Part shown: piece by piece, positions 51,272-56,052 of the stretch | How positions within the stretch are numbered: position 1 is the stretch's first letter | How the letters are laid out: each line of letters begins with the position of its first letter | NCBI GenBank assembly: GCA_002493395.1 | Contig: DKYS01000031.1 | Coordinates: forward strand, 1,920-57,971 | Source of the DNA: Turicibacter sp. UBA7094 | Lineage (GTDB): Bacteria; Bacillota_I; Bacilli_A; MOL361; Turicibacteraceae | Reading direction: 5' to 3' | Length of the DNA stretch: 56,052 bases | The notes under the pieces: model-generated | Databases searched by the model: none | What the model was told of the DNA's origin: nothing | What the model saw: only the letters and a program-made list of their open reading frames with translations | Program-made: the position numbers and the translations under genes

Positions 51272-52588
51272 ATGTTTCATCATGAAAGTGAGGTTATCGC
51301 TTGGATTAATGGACAGCTAAGGTTTGGAATTCGTCCAGGTCTTGAACGAATGGAGAAGGCATTAACCTGTTTAAATAACCCCCACTTAACGGTTCCAACG
51401 ATTCATATTGCGGGAACGAATGGCAAAGGATCGACGGTGACTTATTTACGATGTGTGCTAGAAGAAGCAGGATATCAGGTCGGAACCTTTACGTCCCCTT
51501 ATATCGAAACATTTAATGAGCGGATTTCGTTAAACGGGCGCCCCATTAGTGGGGAAGACCTTGTTCGATGCGTGAATCGGGTACATCCCATTATTGAGAC
51601 GATTAATCAATCGGACTTAGGACCGTTTACCGAGTTTGAAATTATTACGCTCCTTTCTTTTGTATATTTTAGTGAAATAGAGGTCGATGTCCTCATCTAT
51701 GAAGTGGGATTAGGGGGACGTTTGGATGCAACGAACGTTATTTCTCCCATGGTGTGCGGGATTACGAATATTGGACATGATCATGAAAAGATTTTAGGGC
51801 CGACCAAGATTCAAATTGCACATGAAAAATTAGGGATTGTTAAACAAGGAGTAACACTGATTACAACGGAAGAAGATCCAGATGTTTTAGCTGAATTTGA
51901 GACCATCACTCATAAGCGACAGTGTTCATTAATTAAGGCATTAGAGATTTATAGACCAACTCAAGTCTCTTTAAGCGAAGACGGAGTCACTTTTAATTGG
52001 CCCTCTCTTGAAGGAATCCAGTTGTCGATGAAGGGCGAACATCAAGTTAAAAATGCGACATTGGCTTATGGAATCTTGAAATATTTAAAAGAAAAAAGGA
52101 AATTCACGATTTCTAGCGTACATATATATAGGGGGATGAAATTAGCTTTTTGGGCGGGACGCTTTGAGGTCATTCATAAGCAACCACTTATTGTGTTAGA
52201 TGGGGCGCATAATGTAGAGGGCATGAAAAACTTATGCCAAACGGTGAAAAAACTTTATCCAAACAAAAAAAAGGTATTTATGGTCAGTATTTTAAAGGAT
52301 AAGGACGCCACTGAGATGTTTAAATATTTAGAAAAAGTGGCAGATGAGGTTTATTTTACGACGTTTAATCATCCAAGAGCACAATCGGCGAAAGAACAAT
52401 ATGAGCTTTATCATCGCAAAAATGCGGGGTATCACGAGGAATTTCATTCATTATTTCAGTCGGTGACACAAACGCTTTGTGAAGGAGATTGTTTAGTCAT
52501 TACGGGGTCGCTTTACTTTATCTCAGAGGTACGAAAATCAATTCTTCTAGGAGATTTAGACAATTTTTTTGAGCCTCATTTGGTATGA
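51272..52588 (+). CDS. folC: Folylpolyglutamate synthase/dihydrofolate synthase
   Basis: HIAGTNGKGST, FTSPY, EVGLGGRLDATN, LDGAHN, TGSLY. Confidence 0.95.
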   Translation: MFHHESEVIAWINGQLRFGIRPGLERMEKALTCLNNPHLTVPTIHIAGTNGKGSTVTYLRCVLEEAGYQVGTFTSPYIETFNERISLNGRPISGEDLVRCVNRVHPIIETINQSDLGPFTEFEIITLLSFVYFSEIEVDVLIYEVGLGGRLDATNVISPMVCGITNIGHDHEKILGPTKIQIAHEKLGIVKQGVTLITTEEDPDVLAEFETITHKRQCSLIKALEIYRPTQVSLSEDGVTFNWPSLEGIQLSMKGEHQVKNATLAYGILKYLKEKRKFTISSVHIYRGMKLAFWAGRFEVIHKQPLIVLDGAHNVEGMKNLCQTVKKLYPNKKKVFMVSILKDKDATEMFKYLEKVADEVYFTTFNHPRAQSAKEQYELYHRKNAGYHEEFHSLFQSVTQTLCEGDCLVITGSLYFISEVRKSILLGDLDNFFEPHLV

Positions 52589-52654
52589 TGAAAAACAAAA
52601 TAAAGAATAGACCATACATGAAGCAATGATTGAAGATGATAGGTGGGGAATGAG

Positions 52655-53338
52655 ATGAAAGGAAAGAATTTTAAAGATATTATTAAAAAAATTGATTTTA
52701 AAAAGGTACAGCCGTGGATTTTATTAACGCTCATTTTTACGGTATTGGGCTTATCGTTTGGAAAGGTATTGGATACTTTTTTAGTGAGTACCAATGAGCC
52801 TAAAGAGACGGTGGAGGTCACGGGAAAAGAAACGGAGAATGAAGCAGAACAAGCAGAAGAATCTGCTGATAAAGATAAGGCAGATAAAAAGGAAGAAGAA
52901 GTAGCTGAAAATAAAATTTTCGTCATGCAACACGGCGTCTATGAAACGTATGAAAATGTTTTGAATTTAGCAGGACAATTAAAAGAAATTGGCTATAACT
53001 ACGGAATTTTAAAGGTTGATGGGAAGTACTCTGTTTTTTCTTATATCGGGGGAACGAAGGAAAGTTTAGCGGAGGTCCAAGAAACGTTAAAAGCTAAAAA
53101 TATCGACTCCTTTATTAAGGAAGTAGAAGTCCCACTGGATGACTTAAAGTGGAAATATTTTGTTCAGGCTGTTAAACAAATCCCTTACGATATAGACGAA
53201 GACTTTATTCAAACATTTACAGATGACGAAATGCATATATGGGGGTATTATGTAACGTTGGCAACATCATCATTTGATGCGACATCTGTGGAAAGACAAA
53301 AGATGTTATTAGAAATTTACCAATGGTTAAATGGATAA
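52655..53338 (+). CDS. Membrane-anchored SPOR-like protein at the spoIIB syntenic position
   Basis: TM segment, acidic linker, FVMQHGVY (SPOR-like Q.G.F/Y); between folC and radC; CATACAT sporulation-type -10 upstream. Confidence 0.55.
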   Translation: MKGKNFKDIIKKIDFKKVQPWILLTLIFTVLGLSFGKVLDTFLVSTNEPKETVEVTGKETENEAEQAEESADKDKADKKEEEVAENKIFVMQHGVYETYENVLNLAGQLKEIGYNYGILKVDGKYSVFSYIGGTKESLAEVQETLKAKNIDSFIKEVEVPLDDLKWKYFVQAVKQIPYDIDEDFIQTFTDDEMHIWGYYVTLATSSFDATSVERQKMLLEIYQWLNG

Positions 53339-53361
53339 GAATAGGATGTGGTTAATTAATA

Positions 53362-54045
53362 ATGGAGCCTTTTATGATTCGTGATTTACCCTATGAAGAA
53401 CGCCCTAGAGAGCGATTATTGCTAGAAGGTGCGACGTATTTGTCAAATGCTGAATTACTTGCTATCTTACTTCGAACAGGGAGTAAGGGACAGTCTGCGT
53501 TGGCAATTGCGCAGACCCTTTTAAAGCAAGTACGAGGATTAAAGTTTTTAAATGAAATAACAATTGAGGAATTAGTGAGTATTCAGGGGATCGGGGAAAG
53601 TAAGGCTGTTCAACTTTTAGCAAGTATTGAACTTGGAAAACGGATTACGAAGGCGAGTCATATTAAACAAGATGCCATTTTATCGCCGGAAGATTGTGTT
53701 TCTTTTTTATCAGCAGATATGAAGCATTTAACACAAGAACATTTTGTTGTTTTGTTTCTAGATACTAAAAATTATATTATGGGTCAGAAGACAATCTTTA
53801 TTGGATCTTTGAATAAGGCGATTGTCCATCCACGAGAAGTTTTTAAAGAGGCTATTAAACGTTCTTCTGCTTCTGTTATTTGTGCGCATAATCATCCGAG
53901 TGGGGATGCGACACCGTCGCAACAAGATATTCAATTAACTCACCGCCTGTATGAAGCGGGTGAATTAATTGGAATCCGATTACTTGATCATTTGATTATC
54001 GGGGATAATCAATTTACGAGTCTAAAAGAAAAAGGGTATCTTTAA
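53362..54045 (+). CDS. radC: RadC family JAB-domain protein
   Basis: ERPRERL, LSNAELLAILLRTG, VHPREVF, HNHPSGD, LLDHLII. Confidence 0.95.
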   Translation: MEPFMIRDLPYEERPRERLLLEGATYLSNAELLAILLRTGSKGQSALAIAQTLLKQVRGLKFLNEITIEELVSIQGIGESKAVQLLASIELGKRITKASHIKQDAILSPEDCVSFLSADMKHLTQEHFVVLFLDTKNYIMGQKTIFIGSLNKAIVHPREVFKEAIKRSSASVICAHNHPSGDATPSQQDIQLTHRLYEAGELIGIRLLDHLIIGDNQFTSLKEKGYL

Positions 54046-54046
54046 C

Positions 54047-54106
54047 AAAATAAAACTCGTAGCATCTACCTTATTCGCATGAGGTGAATGCCACGAGTTT
54101 TATTTT
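54047..54106. terminator. Bidirectional terminator between convergent radC and DUF1622 genes
   Basis: AAAATAAAACTCGT/ACGAGTTTTATTTT inverted repeat. Confidence 0.75.
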
Positions 54107-54459
54107 TATTCCATGGTTTCCTGTCGTTTTCTTTGTTTTTCATCTTGGCGGATTTCCCACTCAATGACGATGGTCATCAGAACGCGAAGTAAAAAAATAG
54201 AGCCAAGAATAATAAGTTCATTAAGGTTTTGAATGAGGACTGTTTTTAAGATTTCGGCGGCGAGTTTAAACTCAAGACCAGTGGCCATCGAATTAGCAAA
54301 TTGATGTTTCGTCGGATAGTGGTCTTTGAAAATGAGGGTTTTTATATAGTGATAGAAGGCTCGAAAAGCTCCAATCGTAATGATGAAAACCCCCATCGCT
54401 TCAAGGATTTGAATAATAATAGGTAAAAATTGTTCAATTAAATTCTCGGGTAATAACAT
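54106..54459 (-). CDS. DUF1622 membrane protein
   Basis: GLEFKLAAEILKT...L..L.ILG.I.LLR..M...I.WE. Confidence 0.85.
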   Translation of the reverse strand: MLLPENLIEQFLPIIIQILEAMGVFIITIGAFRAFYHYIKTLIFKDHYPTKHQFANSMATGLEFKLAAEILKTVLIQNLNELIILGSIFLLRVLMTIVIEWEIRQDEKQRKRQETME

Positions 54460-54635
54460 CTGAGTATTCCGTTGCCAAAAGATTATAAAACTCTATAATC
54501 CCTTGTTTAATTTCCTGTTCACCGTGTCCGATTTGGTCTCTTCACAAGGAATGAGCTACTCTCGTGGGTTTGACACTCCGAGGACGTAAATTCGGGTACA
54601 ACGAACCCTACACATTAGTTCTATCGTTTCAGTGA
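54449..54635 (-). ncRNA. Putative TnpB omegaRNA/reRNA (scaffold ~54635-54469 plus flanking guide)
   Basis: Hairpin-rich non-coding stretch directly after the tnpB stop, ending in a GATTATAGAGTTTTATAATC hairpin and GGCAACGG; boundaries inferred. Confidence 0.7.
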
Positions 54636-55781
54636 TTAAATAACTAATCCATAGCGACTTAGATTAATTGCGGCATTCAAATCTCTATCTATTGATATAC
54701 CACATGACTCGCAATGATAAGCTCGTTTTGATAGCGATAACTTGACTTTAATATTTCCACAACAAGAACAAGTTTTGGATGAAGGATACCACATATCTGC
54801 TTCAACAAATTCAATCCCATACTTCTTTGATTTGTATTGAATTTGTCTCTTAAACTCATGTAATCCTTGTTGTTGAATAGCTTTTGATAAATGACGATTC
54901 TTCATCATTCCACGAATATTTAAAGTCTCCATAACGATACGAGATGGTTTGGTTTTCACTATCTGGTTCGTTGTTTGGTGAAGATAATTACTTCTGATGT
55001 TCTTTAATCGACGATGAAGTAATTTAATCTCACGTTCGAGTTTTATAATGTTATTCGTTTTAACAAATTGACAACGGTTTTCACCTCCTTTAATTTGTTT
55101 TTTATTCATTTCGTATTTTCGAGAAACTCTTTTTTGAAGTCGTTTTAAGCGTTTCTCTAATTTGCGAACGACTTTTGTTTTATTGATGTTTTTAAATACT
55201 TGCCCGTCACTACAAATAGCTAAATCTTTAACCCCAACATCAATTCCCAAACTAACATCGGTTAATTGAACATCTTCTAATGATTGTTCAACCCCAACCG
55301 ATAAAAACCAATACTTCCCATCATGGCTAATGCGTGGATTCGTGTATTTTATATTCATAGGGATTTGTTCGTTTGTTTTAATCCAACCAATCTTTTCAAT
55401 CAGTACCGAGTTTTCTTTAACTTTTAATTTAACATTGTCATTAAAGAACGATGGTTTAGATTTCTTGCGACTCTTAAATCGTGGTCGTTTAGCTTTTTTA
55501 GTGAAAAAGTTCTTGTATGCTACACAGCAGTCCTTAACCGCTTGTTTAGCTACATTGTTGGATACTTGATTAAGCCAAGAAAGTTCATCTTTTTTAAGTT
55601 GAGTAATTTCTTTTCTTAATTCATTATCTGAAATAAACTTTCCACCATTTTTGTAGTTTTCAATTTGTCGATCAAGTGTCCAATTATAAACAAAACGAGC
55701 AGCACCGACAGCTTGCCACATTTTTTGTTCTTGTTCAGGTGTTGGCTTTAATCTGATTTTTTTAGCTATTATCATCTTCAA
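54636..55781 (-). CDS. tnpB: RNA-guided endonuclease TnpB
   Basis: HTH (RLKPT...ARFVYN), RuvC-I GIDVG, RuvC-II VMETL, zinc finger CSCCG/CESCG, RuvC-III DRDLNAA. Confidence 0.95.
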   Translation of the reverse strand: MKMIIAKKIRLKPTPEQEQKMWQAVGAARFVYNWTLDRQIENYKNGGKFISDNELRKEITQLKKDELSWLNQVSNNVAKQAVKDCCVAYKNFFTKKAKRPRFKSRKKSKPSFFNDNVKLKVKENSVLIEKIGWIKTNEQIPMNIKYTNPRISHDGKYWFLSVGVEQSLEDVQLTDVSLGIDVGVKDLAICSDGQVFKNINKTKVVRKLEKRLKRLQKRVSRKYEMNKKQIKGGENRCQFVKTNNIIKLEREIKLLHRRLKNIRSNYLHQTTNQIVKTKPSRIVMETLNIRGMMKNRHLSKAIQQQGLHEFKRQIQYKSKKYGIEFVEADMWYPSSKTCSCCGNIKVKLSLSKRAYHCESCGISIDRDLNAAINLSRYGLVI

Positions 55782-56052
55782 CCAACTCCATTATCATTTT
55801 CTTAGCTTTGTTCGCACGCTCCCCTTGTAATCTACAACTAAAAACTGTAACAATTTGAATCATATCTTCCACTAATTCTTGTTCTTCTGTTTTCTCTGTT
55901 GTGTCTATGATTTCAATCTCAACACCATACTTCTCGCAGAGGTTTTCAATCAATTCAAAACCAAATCGCAACAATCTATCTTTGTAGAGAATAACAATAC
56001 GTTCGATTTCTGAGTTTGTTATCATATCGATTAGCTGATTTAACCCTTTTTT
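55762..56052 (-). CDS. tnpA: IS607 serine-recombinase transposase TnpA (5' part outside window)
   Basis: YKDRLLRFGFELI...EQELVED...VFSCRL; frame open to the window edge; overlaps tnpB by 20 nt. Confidence 0.9.
   Translation of the reverse strand, partial: KKGLNQLIDMITNSEIERIVILYKDRLLRFGFELIENLCEKYGVEIEIIDTTEKTEEQELVEDMIQIVTVFSCRLQGERANKAKKMIMELVEDDNS

Larger units (their letters stand above)
54469..56052 (-). mobile_element. IS607-family element (left end outside window)
   Basis: Overlapping serine-recombinase tnpA and tnpB, structured 3' region, right end reading ...TTTTGGCAACGG on the minus strand. Confidence 0.88.

Overview
Low-GC, endospore-forming Firmicute chromosome segment. Gene content and synteny are Bacillus-like; a Turicibacter/Erysipelotrichales identity is my inference. 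The window is mostly housekeeping: ABC-F, asnB, ytfI/J, ackA, nrnA, dnaE, pfkA-pyk, crr-ptsH-ptsI, polA-mutM-coaE-dnaB-dnaI, T-box-thrS, L20 leader-infC-rpmI-rplT, spoVID-ysxE, T-box-valS, folC and radC. Three parts stand out. (1) A ~1.9 kb stretch with no credible ORF (45980-47899) separates the valS T-box terminator from the valS start codon. It carries six same-strand copies of a TCCAGGTGG core, five in hairpins whose stems differ while the core stays constant, several ~110 nt apart. It also has a second ~84-nt duplicated hairpin unit whose loop (TTCACCY) is complementary to AGGTG(A/G). This is a candidate undescribed long structured RNA or repeat array. (2) A partial Listeria-type flavin extracellular-electron-transfer locus (apbE/fmnB, pplA-like, ndh2, dmkB-like) with a structured ndh2 leader. 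(3) An IS607 element (tnpA partial, intact tnpB, omegaRNA) whose right end lies 9 bp upstream of a DUF1622 start codon. All assignments come from reading the sequence; no searches or folding computations were run.
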